From Methanobacteriota archaeon (GTDB taxonomy: Archaea; Thermoplasmatota; Poseidoniia; Poseidoniales; Thalassarchaeaceae), in the NCBI GenBank assembly GCA_002728565.1, contig PBUX01000064.1, positions 29,529 to 93,528 on the forward strand: 64,000 nucleotides of DNA, given 5' to 3'. Position 1 is the stretch's first letter, and each line of letters begins with the position of its first letter. The notes below the pieces were generated by a model. The model saw only the letters and a list, made by a program, of their open reading frames with translations, had not been told where the DNA came from and made no database searches. Positions 41,206-51,611 of this stretch are shown one piece after another. The position numbers were made by a program, and so were the translations under genes.

Positions 41206-41512
41206 GAAGCCTTCCTTGCGCCGATCTCATCCCTGCCGCTCGTTAGGCGGGAGGCTTCGAAGCGGGATCGGCTGAAGGGCATGTTGGGCTGTTGTTCCGG
41301 TCTTAAGAGGGGCCGCTATACAGACTGCTCAATAGCGAGGGGGGTCGAACCTACAGAGCCTTTCCATAAATGTCAAAATGCCCGAAAAGGCCCCGAATCA
41401 AAGGGGTTAGAGCTATTTAAGGGGCGATCGGCGTTGACCGTTTTGGGGCGCCCCGACTATCTTGGTAAGCTCGTCGATAACCGCAGTACAACCAAGGATC
41501 GGGCTGGCAGGA

Positions 41513-41662
41513 ATGAAGCCGACATACAAACCGCGCAACCGAAAGCGGGTGAACAAGCACGGGTTTCGCGCCCGCATGAAGACCGCCGGTGGCCGGAAGG
41601 CTTTAAATCGGCGCCGGAAGCGTGGGCGTACCCAGTTGGTCGTCAAGATTGGCGGCAAGTAG
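41513..41662 (+). CDS. rpmH: 50S ribosomal protein L34
   Basis: '[22 protein letters not shown]…' at the canonical position upstream of rnpA. Start set at the ATG inside the longer TTG-initiated ORF. Confidence 0.85.
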   Translation: MKPTYKPRNRKRVNKHGFRARMKTAGGRKALNRRRKRGRTQLVVKIGGK

Positions 41663-41670
41663 GCTCTACG

Positions 41671-42048
41671 AAAGCGCTCCCGGGTAGGGCCGAGAAGTTA
41701 CCGCGAGGAACGCGGATCCACAGAGGGTCTGAAATTCGTGAGTTGCTTAAGCAGGGGCAAAGAGAGAAGAAGCCGCACGTGGAGATTTTCTTCGGGCCTT
41801 CTCCTGGCTTACACTCTCGGCTGGGGCTCATCGTTCCCAGGTACGGACACAGCGTTGTGGAGCGTAATCTCGTTAAGCGGCGGCTACGAGAAATAGGGCG
41901 CCGTTTGGCACTGCCGGTACTTGGCGAGCGAGGCGTTCCTGCGGATGTGCTCGTGCGTGCGAAGAGATCAGCGTATGGTGCGGAGTATACGGTTCTTGAG
42001 TCGGAGATCAGGACAGCGGTGGAGGCATGGTGCTCAGACAGGGTTTGA
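41671..42048 (+). CDS. rnpA: Ribonuclease P protein component (start codon not identifiable)
   Basis: 'LPRGTRIHRGSEIRE…PHVEIFF…GLIVPRYGHSVVERNLVKRRLRE' matches the RnpA family. No in-frame ATG/GTG/TTG lies between the rpmH stop and the conserved N-terminus, so the 5' coordinate is approximate. Confidence 0.55.
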   Translation, partial: KALPGRAEKLPRGTRIHRGSEIRELLKQGQREKKPHVEIFFGPSPGLHSRLGLIVPRYGHSVVERNLVKRRLREIGRRLALPVLGERGVPADVLVRAKRSAYGAEYTVLESEIRTAVEAWCSDRV

Positions 42049-42347
42049 TAGCGATGGTTCGTCTCTATCGGTTGGCAATTTCGCCTTGGACGCCTGCAGC
42101 ATGCCGCTTCTCGCCGAGTTGCTCTAGTTACGCGATAGAGGCCTTAGTTGAGCATGGTTCGTTGCGGGGGGGCTGGCTTGCATTTTTGCGGATTATGCGT
42201 TGTCACCCTTGGGGCGGCCACGGACTCGACCCGGTACCGCCGGTCAGGGTAAGAGCGAGTGACCCGGCCCGCGTAGCTCAACGCCCAGAGACAAAAAACA
42301 GATCGCAAATCTTAGAGCCACAAGCTAAACGAGCGATACGTCCATGA
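42027..42347 (+). CDS. yidD: Membrane protein insertion efficiency factor YidD
   Basis: '…CRFSPSCSSYAIEA…' motif. Overlaps the 3' end of rnpA. Confidence 0.85.
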   Translation: MVLRQGLIAMVRLYRLAISPWTPAACRFSPSCSSYAIEALVEHGSLRGGWLAFLRIMRCHPWGGHGLDPVPPVRVRASDPARVAQRPETKNRSQILEPQAKRAIRP

Positions 42348-44053
42348 AGACAGAGATGCGCTTTGTTCTAGCGATAGCTTTGATGTTGGCTGTCTTGATA
42401 GGCACCAACCGGCTCTTCCCGCCGCCGCCCATGGAGGATGTAGTGGCTACGGGTCCGGTCGAGACCAGTGAGCCCCTCAGAGGCCCCGAGTCGGGAGGGT
42501 TGCCACCCTCGTCACAAGCGAGTGATAGCCAGCCTTCAGGGGTCCCTGGCGCTGACCAAGCGGAAGAAGACGCAAGCTTGCCGGTCCAGAATGTTGTCGT
42601 CGAGGGGCCGTTGTACCGCTACATCTTCACTAGTCGCGGTGCGCAACTGGTTTCAGCGGAGCTGTTGGACTTCCAGGCCATTAACAGAGGCGGGCCGGTT
42701 CAGGTAGTCCCGGATGGAGCGTCTGGCTACTTGGGTAGCAAGGTGGTTGTGGAGCAGGACACGCTTGATCTGACCGATGCAGTGTTCCGTGTAGAGCCTG
42801 CTGGCGGTCTTAATTTAACTGCGGAGGGTGGGGCGAAGCCTCTGGCTTTTGTCTACGATCACCCGAGCGGCAACTTCACATACCGGGTCAGCTACACATT
42901 CGATCCCGACGATTACACCATCGGTATTAGTGGCTCTATGGATGGAGTGACTCGGGCGCTTCTGGTCACGGACCTTGGCGAGGGCTTGGCATATGCCGAA
43001 GCTGACTCGGCGCTCGAGCAGCGATCGATGGCCTACGTGTACAACCACCTCCAGGATGGCATTCGGTCTACCATGCTCGACAAGGCCGATCCGGAGATTA
43101 TAGAAGGGCCGCTCGTCTGGGCTGCCTTTCGGAGCAAGTTTTTTGTTGCGGCAATTCTGTCGGGTGCGAGGGACGATTTGGTAGAGGACACCGGATACCT
43201 GGGAGGCTTGCTAGTGCGCCCGGCAGACCTGCCCGAGAGGGTCCGTGTTGGGGTGGCTCGAACGGTGTCAGGTGGGGAGGAGTATGCTTACCGCTTGTTC
43301 ATCGGACCGCAGCAGTATGCTCTGCTGTCGTCGCTTGGTGACGGAATGGAAGAGGTTAACCCGTACGGGTGGCGCTTTTTTAGGCCAATAATTCGGCCGT
43401 TCGTGTCCATTATCATGACAGTTCTGACCTATTTGCACACCCAGTTCAGTATGGGATACGGCTGGGTCTTGATTGTCTTCGGTGTGATGATGCGAGTAGT
43501 GCTATTCCCGCTTAACCATAAAGCAATGAAGGCACAGCTGCGGAACATGGCGGTCCAGCCTTTAGTTAAGCAGATCCAGGACAAACACAAGGACAATCCG
43601 GAGAAGCTTCAGAAAGAAATGATGAAGCTTTACAAGGAGCACGGCTTTAACCCGCTGGCCGGTTGTCTCCCAATGTTGCTGCCTTGGCCGGTGCTGATCG
43701 CTCTATTCTTCGTTTTTCAAAACACAATCGAATTACGCGGGGTCCCGTTTCTCTGGCTCCCAGATCTCTCGGCGAAGGATCCGTTCTATGTCCTTCCTGT
43801 CTTGCTTGCGGTCTCAATGTTCCTGATGCAGTGGATTAGTCTTCGATCGCTCGATACCGACAACCCGCAGATGAAAATGATGATGTACATCATGCCGCCA
43901 ATGATGCTTTTCATCTTCATGAATTTGGCAAGCGGGTTGAACCTTTACTACGCCACAGCAAACATCGCGACCCTGCCGCAGCAAATCTGGATTGCTCGCG
44001 AACGTAAACGGATGCGCCAAGGGCCAGCGCTTACGCTAAGCGATGGCGACTAA
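42344..44053 (+). CDS. yidC: Membrane protein insertase YidC
   Basis: 569 aa with a periplasmic domain and a C-terminal 5-TM Oxa1 core. Confidence 0.9.
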   Translation: MKTEMRFVLAIALMLAVLIGTNRLFPPPPMEDVVATGPVETSEPLRGPESGGLPPSSQASDSQPSGVPGADQAEEDASLPVQNVVVEGPLYRYIFTSRGAQLVSAELLDFQAINRGGPVQVVPDGASGYLGSKVVVEQDTLDLTDAVFRVEPAGGLNLTAEGGAKPLAFVYDHPSGNFTYRVSYTFDPDDYTIGISGSMDGVTRALLVTDLGEGLAYAEADSALEQRSMAYVYNHLQDGIRSTMLDKADPEIIEGPLVWAAFRSKFFVAAILSGARDDLVEDTGYLGGLLVRPADLPERVRVGVARTVSGGEEYAYRLFIGPQQYALLSSLGDGMEEVNPYGWRFFRPIIRPFVSIIMTVLTYLHTQFSMGYGWVLIVFGVMMRVVLFPLNHKAMKAQLRNMAVQPLVKQIQDKHKDNPEKLQKEMMKLYKEHGFNPLAGCLPMLLPWPVLIALFFVFQNTIELRGVPFLWLPDLSAKDPFYVLPVLLAVSMFLMQWISLRSLDTDNPQMKMMMYIMPPMMLFIFMNLASGLNLYYATANIATLPQQIWIARERKRMRQGPALTLSDGD

Positions 44054-44079
44054 GCTGCGCACGCGGACTTTGTGCTGAG

Positions 44080-45450
44080 GTGACCATGGACGTCGACACG
44101 ATAGTGTCGCTGTCGACACCACCCGGGGTGGGTGCCTTAGCGGTAGTTAGGCTAAGCGGCCCGGGTGCAGTAGATGTGCTTAGAGCACTTTTGGTGAAAA
44201 CTGCCCCCATGCCGAGTGTTAGAGAACCTTCGTTGCGGCGCCTAACCGATCCTGACACGGGCGAAGTGATAGATGAGGTTGTCGTTACCCGCTTTCAGGC
44301 TCCAGGGAGTTACACAGGAGAGGATATGGTGGAGCTCTCGTGCCACGGGGGGTGGTTGGTCCCAGAGCTTGTTGTAGAGGCATGTCAACGGAGTGGGGCT
44401 AGGATAGCCGACCGGGGTGAGTTTACCCGAAGGGCCTACCTGCACGGGAAGCTGGATTTGATACAAGCAGAGGCTGTGGCAGATGTAGTCAACGCGCGAA
44501 GCAGGGCTTTGCACCGAGCTGCGTTGGTCCAGATGGAGCGCGGTCTTTCGAGGAGGGTGTCTGATCTGCGTGAGCGGCTGCTTCGACTCGAGGGGTTGTT
44601 GGCTCATCATGTTGATTTCCCCGAGGAGGACGAGCCCCCCGTCCCGATTACAGCTGTCGCAGATCAAGCGGCTCGGATGGTTGCCGACCTCGAACTCATG
44701 TTGGCAACCGCTCCGGAGGGCGAGCTACTTAGGGAGGGAGCGCTCACGGTTTTTGCAGGGCGCCCTAACGTGGGTAAATCGTCTCTATACAACGCATTGT
44801 TGGGAGAAGAGCGGGCGATCGTCAGCGAAGAGGCTGGCACAACCCGGGACGCCATTGAGGCCGTGGTTCAGATTGGAGGGTTTCCTTTTCGGCTTGTGGA
44901 TACGGCGGGACTAAGGGAGCCAGCGGGAAATATAGAGCAGAAGGGTATCGAAATCGCACGAGGCTATCTGGGTCGAGCAGATGTAGTCCTCTACTGTGTC
45001 TCCGCGGATGAAGGCCCGATGGAAGAAGACCGAGCGTTCCTCGAGGCGCATGATGGGGCGCCAGTCGTGCTGGTGAATACCAAGGCCGACATTGCAAAAA
45101 CCCAGAAACATTGGGATCCAGAGGGGACAGCTGCGCGAGTCCAGGTGTCTGTGGAGAGTGGGGCCGGCCTAGAGGAGATCCGTCAGGTGCTGCCGCAGCT
45201 TGTTTATTCAAGCATTGTAACGGCGGAGCAAGGTGTGCCTGTGCTCACGCGCGGTCGACAAGCACGAGGGTTAAGGGCTGCGAAAGTGGAGGTTGAAGCG
45301 TTCAGCGAGGCTCTTGACCAAGGGCTGCCGGCAGAAGTGGCCTCTACGCACCTGCGGGCTGCAGAGACTGCGCTAGAAGAGTTGTTAGGCGCCGTGTCAG
45401 CAGATGATGTGCTCGACGTAGTGTTCCGGGAGTTCTGCATAGGGAAGTGA
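44080..45450 (+). CDS. mnmE: tRNA modification GTPase MnmE
   Basis: G domain 'GRPNVGKSSL' and the C-terminal 'CIGK' motif. Confidence 0.9.
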   Translation: MTMDVDTIVSLSTPPGVGALAVVRLSGPGAVDVLRALLVKTAPMPSVREPSLRRLTDPDTGEVIDEVVVTRFQAPGSYTGEDMVELSCHGGWLVPELVVEACQRSGARIADRGEFTRRAYLHGKLDLIQAEAVADVVNARSRALHRAALVQMERGLSRRVSDLRERLLRLEGLLAHHVDFPEEDEPPVPITAVADQAARMVADLELMLATAPEGELLREGALTVFAGRPNVGKSSLYNALLGEERAIVSEEAGTTRDAIEAVVQIGGFPFRLVDTAGLREPAGNIEQKGIEIARGYLGRADVVLYCVSADEGPMEEDRAFLEAHDGAPVVLVNTKADIAKTQKHWDPEGTAARVQVSVESGAGLEEIRQVLPQLVYSSIVTAEQGVPVLTRGRQARGLRAAKVEVEAFSEALDQGLPAEVASTHLRAAETALEELLGAVSADDVLDVVFREFCIGK

Positions 45451-45576
45451 TGCAACGGGTAGGAAAGGCGACTGAAGGAGCTTTGCGGGTCGCCATCTCA
45501 AGCTACTTTGCCGAGATTTGGCGTGCATTCGATCTACCGGTAGCAATGTCAGTTTCCCCCGACCTTTTTTCCGTGC

Positions 45577-47451
45577 ATGCGCAATTCCTATGAAGTCATT
45601 GTCGTAGGGGGAGGGCACGCCGGTGTAGAAGCCGCAGCGGCGTCAGCTAGAGCTGGTGCTCGGACACTTCTGGTTTCCCCTGATCTGTCTAGGGTTGGGC
45701 AGATGAGTTGCAACCCTGCGATTGGCGGGGTCGCGAAAGGGGTTGTCGCGCGCGAGGTCGATGCCCTTGGAGGGGTCATGGGTCAGGCGACTGACGCCTC
45801 GCGCATTCAGTTTCGCATGCTGAATCGCTCTAAGGGGCCAGCTGTCTGGGGCCCTCGAGCCCAGTGTGATCGGTCAATGTATCCAGTGGCTGTGCGTAGG
45901 GTGCTTGATGGCCTGCCAATGCTAGATCTCTTCCAGGACATGGTCGCAGACTTGCTGGTTGACTCGGGACGTGTTGTTGGAGTCCGGACCAAGGGAGGCT
46001 TGGAGTTCACGGGCTCTTGCCTTGTTATTACTACAGGCACCTTCCTGCGAGGGCGTATCCATGTGGGGGGGACGGCTGGCGTCGAGGCCGGAAGAGCGGG
46101 TGAGGCCCCCTCGGTTGAGTTGGCGAAGGGTCTAGAGGATCTCGGGCTTGAGGTGAGGCGCTTCAAGACGGGCACGCCACCGCGTGTCGACGGGCGGTCC
46201 GTCGACTTTACGAAGACCGAGCGGCAAGATGGAGATGATATACCGTACCGGTTCGCAGCTTATGCGCAGGAGATAGTGCCCGCTCAGGTTCCGTGTTGGA
46301 TCACGTATTCCGGCAACGGATTGAAGGATGTTGTTCTCCGAAACCTTGAGAGAAGCGCGCTTTACGGTGGGGAGATAGCAGGCCGTGGCCCGCGCTACTG
46401 CCCCTCAATAGAGGACAAGGTGGTTCGCTTTCCGGAGGCACCGAGGCACCAAGTGTTTCTGGAGCCGGAGGGGCTGAGCACGACAGAGCTATACGTAAAC
46501 GGCCTCTCTACTTCTCTCCCGGCTGAGGTTCAGCTTGAGTTTTTGCGCACGATTCCTGGCCTTGAAGATGCGAACATGACCAAGGTGGGATACGCGATCG
46601 AGTACGATTACTTTCCTCCCCACCAGCTGAGCCACACGCTAGAGTTGAAGACTCACCCGGGGTTGTTTCTGGCCGGTCAGATAAACGGCACAACAGGTTA
46701 CGAAGAGGCAGCAGGACAGGGCGTTATTGCCGGGATCAATGCCGCACTGAGCGTGAGGGGGGAGAAGCCTTTTGTACTAGAGCGAGACGAGGCTTACATC
46801 GGGGTCTTGGTCGATGATCTCGTAACCCGGGGAGTCGATGAGCCATACAGGCTATTCACTTCTCGCGCTGAGTTTAGGCTCCTGCTCCGGCAGGACAATG
46901 CAGCGCGCCGTATCGGTATGCTGGCTCGGGACAGGGGCCTGCTCACAAGCGATCAGGCCGACGCGCTGGGCTTGCGGCTTAAAGAAGAAGATCGAGTTAT
47001 GGCCTGGTTCGGGGCCACGTCGGTTACCCCAGAAGAAGCATCAGGGATTCTGGATGAAGCCGGGTCGAGCCCGATCCAGCAGAAGGTTCGCGCGCTAGAG
47101 CTGTTGAAGAGGCCAGGAGTGAGTGCGCGTTCACTGGTGTCTTTGGCTGAGGAGCCCCCCAAGGGCGATCTTGCAGATGAAGTTTTAGCCGCCGTCGAGG
47201 TAGAGCTAAAATACGCCGGCTATGTAAAAAGAGAACGCGAAAGAGCTAAGCGATTACGAGATCAGGCTGGTTTTCTGTTAAGCAAGGACCTCCCGTATAT
47301 GGATTTCGTTACGGTCTCGTGGGAAGCGAGAGAGAAGCTTAGCGAGACCAAGCCTAGCTCGTTGGCACAAGCCGGCCGGATTCCGGGAGTCTCGCCCGCC
47401 GACCTTCAGAATCTCGTGCTCGAGGTGAGAAGGCTTCGTTCTAGCCCCTAA
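45577..47451 (+). CDS. mnmG: tRNA uridine 5-carboxymethylaminomethyl modification enzyme MnmG (GidA)
   Basis: FAD-binding '[14 protein letters not shown]' motif. 624 aa. Confidence 0.95.
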   Translation: MRNSYEVIVVGGGHAGVEAAAASARAGARTLLVSPDLSRVGQMSCNPAIGGVAKGVVAREVDALGGVMGQATDASRIQFRMLNRSKGPAVWGPRAQCDRSMYPVAVRRVLDGLPMLDLFQDMVADLLVDSGRVVGVRTKGGLEFTGSCLVITTGTFLRGRIHVGGTAGVEAGRAGEAPSVELAKGLEDLGLEVRRFKTGTPPRVDGRSVDFTKTERQDGDDIPYRFAAYAQEIVPAQVPCWITYSGNGLKDVVLRNLERSALYGGEIAGRGPRYCPSIEDKVVRFPEAPRHQVFLEPEGLSTTELYVNGLSTSLPAEVQLEFLRTIPGLEDANMTKVGYAIEYDYFPPHQLSHTLELKTHPGLFLAGQINGTTGYEEAAGQGVIAGINAALSVRGEKPFVLERDEAYIGVLVDDLVTRGVDEPYRLFTSRAEFRLLLRQDNAARRIGMLARDRGLLTSDQADALGLRLKEEDRVMAWFGATSVTPEEASGILDEAGSSPIQQKVRALELLKRPGVSARSLVSLAEEPPKGDLADEVLAAVEVELKYAGYVKRERERAKRLRDQAGFLLSKDLPYMDFVTVSWEAREKLSETKPSSLAQAGRIPGVSPADLQNLVLEVRRLRSSP

Positions 47452-47479
47452 GGAGGAGGGGTTAGGGCGCCAGCCTGCC

Positions 47480-47495
47480 TGTTTCACGTGAAACA
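47480..47495. promoter_or_regulatory. parS centromere-like site (perfect 16-bp palindrome TGTTTCACGTGAAACA)
   Basis: Exact match to the widespread parS consensus, 180 bp upstream of parA. Confidence 0.6.
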
Positions 47496-47676
47496 AGGCG
47501 TCTCGGGGCCGCTTAACAGGCTGGGCCACTTGTTTTCGGAGGCTTTTGTCTTTCCTGCTAGCAGTTTTCCGGCTCAGGCGCGCAGCTGCCTTCTTAATAA
47601 GCCCTCCTAGCAGGTTTCGTGCCCCCCTGTATGTCCCTTATATTGCGCCCCCTCGATAACCCTCAATGTGGCCTTA

Positions 47677-48462
47677 ATGACATACGTCATAGCGATAGCG
47701 AACCAGAAGGGCGGAGTGGGCAAGACGACCACGGCTATCAATCTCGGAGCGTCGCTTGCTGTAGCCGAAAAGAGGACGTTGATCCTCGATATTGACCCTC
47801 AGGGTAATGCGACAAGCGGGTTGGGTATTCAGCAGGGGCAGGATCACCCTAGTGTTTACGACGTTTTGATAGGGCATGCACCCTTAGCCGACGCGATTCA
47901 TCAGGGGGTTCACCTAGAGCACCTGGACGTGGCTGCGTCGACTCGTGATTTAGTAGGGGCTGAGATCGAGCTGGTGTCGGCGGCTAGCCGAGAGACGATC
48001 CTGAGGCGCGCGGTTGAGACAGTAAAGGATCGCTATGACTTCATACTCGTTGACTGTCCGCCTTCATTGGGGCTTCTGACGCTGAATACCCTTACAGCAT
48101 CGGATTCTGTTCTCATCCCTATTCAGTGCGAGTTCTTTGCCCTTGAGGGCTTGAGCCAGCTTCTTAGCACGATTCGGCTGGTCCAAAGAGGGCTTAACCC
48201 GGAGCTTGATGTGGAGGGAGTTCTTCTAACGATGTATGACAAAAGGTTAAATCTGTCCCGCCAGGTTAGCGCGGAGGCACGGGAATATTTTGGCCCAAAG
48301 GTGTACCGGGTTACGATCCCAAGAAACGTCAGGCTAGCGGAAGCCCCGAGCTTCGGTCAGCCAATAGTGCAATACGACGTCCTTTCTCGGGGGGCCCAGG
48401 CATACCTCGCGCTGGCGAGTGAGGTGATTGATCGCCGGATGAAGTTGGAGGTGACAGAATGA
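47677..48462 (+). CDS. parA: Chromosome partitioning ATPase ParA/Soj
   Basis: Deviant Walker A 'NQKGGVGKTTT'. Start at the ATG; the ORF also opens at a GTG at 47668. Confidence 0.9.
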   Translation: MTYVIAIANQKGGVGKTTTAINLGASLAVAEKRTLILDIDPQGNATSGLGIQQGQDHPSVYDVLIGHAPLADAIHQGVHLEHLDVAASTRDLVGAEIELVSAASRETILRRAVETVKDRYDFILVDCPPSLGLLTLNTLTASDSVLIPIQCEFFALEGLSQLLSTIRLVQRGLNPELDVEGVLLTMYDKRLNLSRQVSAEAREYFGPKVYRVTIPRNVRLAEAPSFGQPIVQYDVLSRGAQAYLALASEVIDRRMKLEVTE

Positions 48463-49355
48463 CAGAGGTGTCAAATATGGGTCGTGACCGGCTCGGAAAA
48501 GGGCTCGGGGCTCTCTTGGGGGAATATTTGGAGCCCGAGGCAACGGAAAGTGATGTGCAAAAGCTTTCTTTGGAGTCGATTGTGCCGAACCCGGTACAGC
48601 CCCGAAGGGTTTTCACGGAAGCCGAGCTCGGTGGCCTAACGTCGTCCATCCGGGAAAACGGCCTGCTCCAGCCGCTAGTAGTTAGGCCTGCACCGGGGAT
48701 TGAAGGGCGTTTTGAGATTGTTGCGGGTGAGCGCCGGTTTCGAGCACTGAAGCGCCTCTCATGGACGGAAGTCCCTGCTATTGTGCGCGAAGCCGATGAC
48801 GAGACACTACTTGTGCTCGCTCTTGTAGAGAACCTGCAGCGGGAAGCACTAAACCCCTTGGAGGAGGCGGAGGGTTACGAGTCTCTGGCTCAGCGCTTTG
48901 ATATGAAGCACGCTGAGATTGCCAAGGCGGTGGGCAAGGACCGATCGACGGTTGCCAACTTGGTTCGGCTTCTGAGGCTCCCCATATCTGTTCGGAAGCT
49001 TGTGGAATCCGGGGCACTCACCCAGGGGCATGCTAGGGCGTTGCTTTCGGTCGATGACCCTGTAATTGCTGGAACGCTGGCTCGTGAGGCCGCGAAGGAG
49101 GGGTGGTCCGTTAGGGAGATGGAGCGCCGGGTCGCAGGGGCGTCGCGGGGGAGGCGCAAACGCAAGCCGCGGGAGAAAGATGCGGTCACCAGGGCCTTAG
49201 AGGATGCGCTCCGAGGCTACCTCGGCACTCGCGTTGAAGTGAAGCCCGCGCGCTCAGGGAAGGGCTCAATTGAAATTCAATACCATGGCCCCAAAGACTT
49301 CGAGCGTCTTTTTGAGCAGATGACGGGCCTAAGCGTAGGCGACGTCATCGAGTGA
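48459..49355 (+). CDS. parB: Chromosome partitioning protein ParB/Spo0J
   Basis: ParB box 'GERRFRA' and an HTH region. Its start overlaps the parA stop. Confidence 0.9.
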   Translation: MTEVSNMGRDRLGKGLGALLGEYLEPEATESDVQKLSLESIVPNPVQPRRVFTEAELGGLTSSIRENGLLQPLVVRPAPGIEGRFEIVAGERRFRALKRLSWTEVPAIVREADDETLLVLALVENLQREALNPLEEAEGYESLAQRFDMKHAEIAKAVGKDRSTVANLVRLLRLPISVRKLVESGALTQGHARALLSVDDPVIAGTLAREAAKEGWSVREMERRVAGASRGRRKRKPREKDAVTRALEDALRGYLGTRVEVKPARSGKGSIEIQYHGPKDFERLFEQMTGLSVGDVIE

Positions 49356-50137
49356 TGTCTGGGAAAGACGAGGGGCGACTAAACATCGTCCTCATCCCGT
49401 CGGGCGATCGAGAGACGCGTAGCTTCAGCACCTCTTATCGAGCCTTGCGGGCGTTTGGGCTGGTGGTTGCCTTGGCGGCCATGGGTGTGTCTCTGATAAT
49501 CTTCACTTGGTGGCCGCTTGCCGTTCGGTCAGCCCGAGCTTCTGAGCTCGAGCAAGAGCTGGTTCGCATGGGCAGGGATCTTGAGAGAGTCGAGGATCTT
49601 GTTCAGCAACTTGGGCAGATGGAGGCGCAGTATCTTCAGCTTCGGGATATGTTTGGGTCAGGTGACGCGGGCGTCGGAGCGCCCCGGGGCTTATTCCCTC
49701 CTTTAGCGGAACCTAGCCCCGACGCCCAGTCTGGTGGGGGGGCTGTCCGGGGCTCTCCCCCTTCTTTCTGGCCTCTTTCAGAGCGCGGTTTCGTGACCCA
49801 GGGCCTTCACTCTGGTGCAGCCGAGGGCCATCCCGGCCTAGACATTGCTGTCCCTTCAGGCTCCTACATATGGTCAGCAGGGGACGGAGTTGTAGTTGAG
49901 GTTGGGGAGGATGCCGTTTACGGCCGATTTGTTGTCATAGACCATGGCTCCGAAGTCAGGACCCTTTACGGGCATACGTCCGAGACCTTCGTGGAGCGCG
50001 GGGAGGAGGTGCACGCCCGCCAAGTTGTTGCGCTCAGTGGCTCTACTGGGCGTTCTAGCGCGCCCCACCTGCATTTCGAGGTGATTGTGGAAGGGAAGCC
50101 GGTTGACCCCCTTGGGTTCGTTGAGCAGCCCGGCTAG
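49352..50137 (+). CDS. Membrane-anchored M23 (LytM-domain) peptidase with coiled-coil region
   Basis: N-terminal TM segment, a coiled coil, and a C-terminal 'HxxxD…HLHFEV' LytM motif. Its start overlaps the parB stop. Confidence 0.85.
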   Translation: MMSGKDEGRLNIVLIPSGDRETRSFSTSYRALRAFGLVVALAAMGVSLIIFTWWPLAVRSARASELEQELVRMGRDLERVEDLVQQLGQMEAQYLQLRDMFGSGDAGVGAPRGLFPPLAEPSPDAQSGGGAVRGSPPSFWPLSERGFVTQGLHSGAAEGHPGLDIAVPSGSYIWSAGDGVVVEVGEDAVYGRFVVIDHGSEVRTLYGHTSETFVERGEEVHARQVVALSGSTGRSSAPHLHFEVIVEGKPVDPLGFVEQPG

Positions 50138-50262
50138 GCCAGTGGGTCGCCTTTCCCCTTCTTGTTTTGGGTGCCTGTCAGTGTTGGTCGTCACTGTGGT
50201 GCTAACGCCCTTTGTGGGGGTAGATTTAACCACACGAATCATTAAATGAGGCGATAGACCGA

Positions 50263-50709
50263 ATGGTACGCGAGCGCCAGAACGATCAGGGAGCTGGGGA
50301 TGCTGTGATTTCCATCATAGCGCCAGGGATGACGGTGGTCGGAAATTGCGAAAGTGACGGCACAATCCGAGTGGAGGGGAACGTCAGTGGTTCAATAAAG
50401 GCGGGAAAGGCCGTGGTCGTCGGCAAGAAGGGCCTTGTCTCCGGCGAAGTCTTCACGCAGGACGCGGTAATTTCAGGTCGTGTTGAAGGGTCTCTGGTTG
50501 CCGCGTCTAGGCTAGAGCTCAAAAGCACAGCCCGCATAGAAGGCGAAGTCAAGACGCGCCGTATGCAGTTAGAAGAGGGGGCCGTGCTTAACGGGACAGT
50601 TGAGATGGGCGCGGAGGCCACCAAAGGCACCCAGCCAAAGGTCGATGCTAGCACTCTGGGCTCGCGGTCCCCATCAGCGAAGCCATCCCGGGACGGGGCG
50701 GCTACCTGA
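50263..50709 (+). CDS. Bactofilin (DUF583/CcmA family cytoskeletal protein)
   Basis: Repetitive beta-helical '…GTIRVEGNVSGSIKAGKAVVVGKKGLVSGEV…' bactofilin core. Confidence 0.8.
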   Translation: MVRERQNDQGAGDAVISIIAPGMTVVGNCESDGTIRVEGNVSGSIKAGKAVVVGKKGLVSGEVFTQDAVISGRVEGSLVAASRLELKSTARIEGEVKTRRMQLEEGAVLNGTVEMGAEATKGTQPKVDASTLGSRSPSAKPSRDGAAT

Positions 50710-50734
50710 TGCCCAGCCCGCCGTTGGCGATCTG

Positions 50735-51496
50735 ATGAAACTAGAACCGCTGCTCCAATATTTAGACGGCTGGCTCAGGGTTGAGGAGCATCCGGATTAT
50801 CCGAACGCCCTAAATGGGCTCCAAGTAGGGGGGCCGAGCGAGATTACTACAGTCGCAACCGCGGTGGACGCCTCCGAGGCCTCGATCCGGGCGGCAGTGG
50901 AGATAGGGGCGGATTTGATGGTCGTCCACCATGGGCTGTTCTGGTCAGGGCTGGAGCCAGTTGTGGGAAGACACGAACGCCGACTCCGCCTCCTTTTTGA
51001 GGCTGGGCTTGGGCTTTATAGTGTCCATCTCCCCCTGGATTCTCATTTGGAGGTTGGGAACAGTGCTCTGCTGGCTGCCGCGTTGGGGCTAGAGGTTCAG
51101 GGCCGTTTCGGAGCGTATGCTGGCTGGGATATTGGTGTCTCCGGTAGCTTTTCGGAGGCAGTAGCGTTGGAGGAGCTCGTTACTCGAGTCGAGGGGGCCG
51201 TGGGCGGCGGGGTCGTGCAGGTGCTGCCGGGCGGGCCCGAAACGGTGAGGTCTGTTGGGGTGCTGACAGGTGGCGGCGGGTCCTTTGTTCGGGAGGCTGC
51301 TCAGGCCGGCCTAGACGCGTACGTGACAGGAGAGGTCTCCCATCACGCATATTTCGACGCCGCCGAATTTAGAACATCGGTTCTATTAGCGGGTCATTAT
51401 GCTACCGAGACGTTTGGCGTAAAGGCGGTTGGCCGGCATTTAGCGGATCGGTTCGGGCTGCAGGCCCATTTTATCGATCAACCTACGGGCCTTTAG
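50735..51496 (+). CDS. Nif3-family dinuclear metal centre protein (YqfO/GCH1-type-2-like)
   Basis: '…MVVHHGLFWSG…' motif and a C-terminal metal site. Start set at the ATG giving MKLEPLL; the ORF extends to 50600 and overlaps the bactofilin gene. Confidence 0.8.
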   Translation: MKLEPLLQYLDGWLRVEEHPDYPNALNGLQVGGPSEITTVATAVDASEASIRAAVEIGADLMVVHHGLFWSGLEPVVGRHERRLRLLFEAGLGLYSVHLPLDSHLEVGNSALLAAALGLEVQGRFGAYAGWDIGVSGSFSEAVALEELVTRVEGAVGGGVVQVLPGGPETVRSVGVLTGGGGSFVREAAQAGLDAYVTGEVSHHAYFDAAEFRTSVLLAGHYATETFGVKAVGRHLADRFGLQAHFIDQPTGL

Positions 51497-51611
51497 GGGT
51501 CGGGCCGGGCCTTGTCCGTTGCAGCCCACATCGGAGATTGGTACCATTTGGGTGGCAACTAGTAATACTCTGCTGCCGGATCCGTGAGGGGGTGCGGCTA
51601 GGGAGGCTCTC

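Noticed and set aside
41206-41512. Second DnaA-box cluster or oriC upstream of dnaA
   Set aside because: GC-rich, with only weak partial matches (GTTATCGAC, TTTCCATAA). The dnaA-dnaN spacer is a much stronger candidate.
41053-42048. 331-aa plus-strand ORF spanning the dnaA upstream region through rnpA
   Set aside because: Only the C-terminal ~125 aa resemble RnpA. The N-terminal ~200 aa overlap rpmH in another frame and look like low-complexity read-through.
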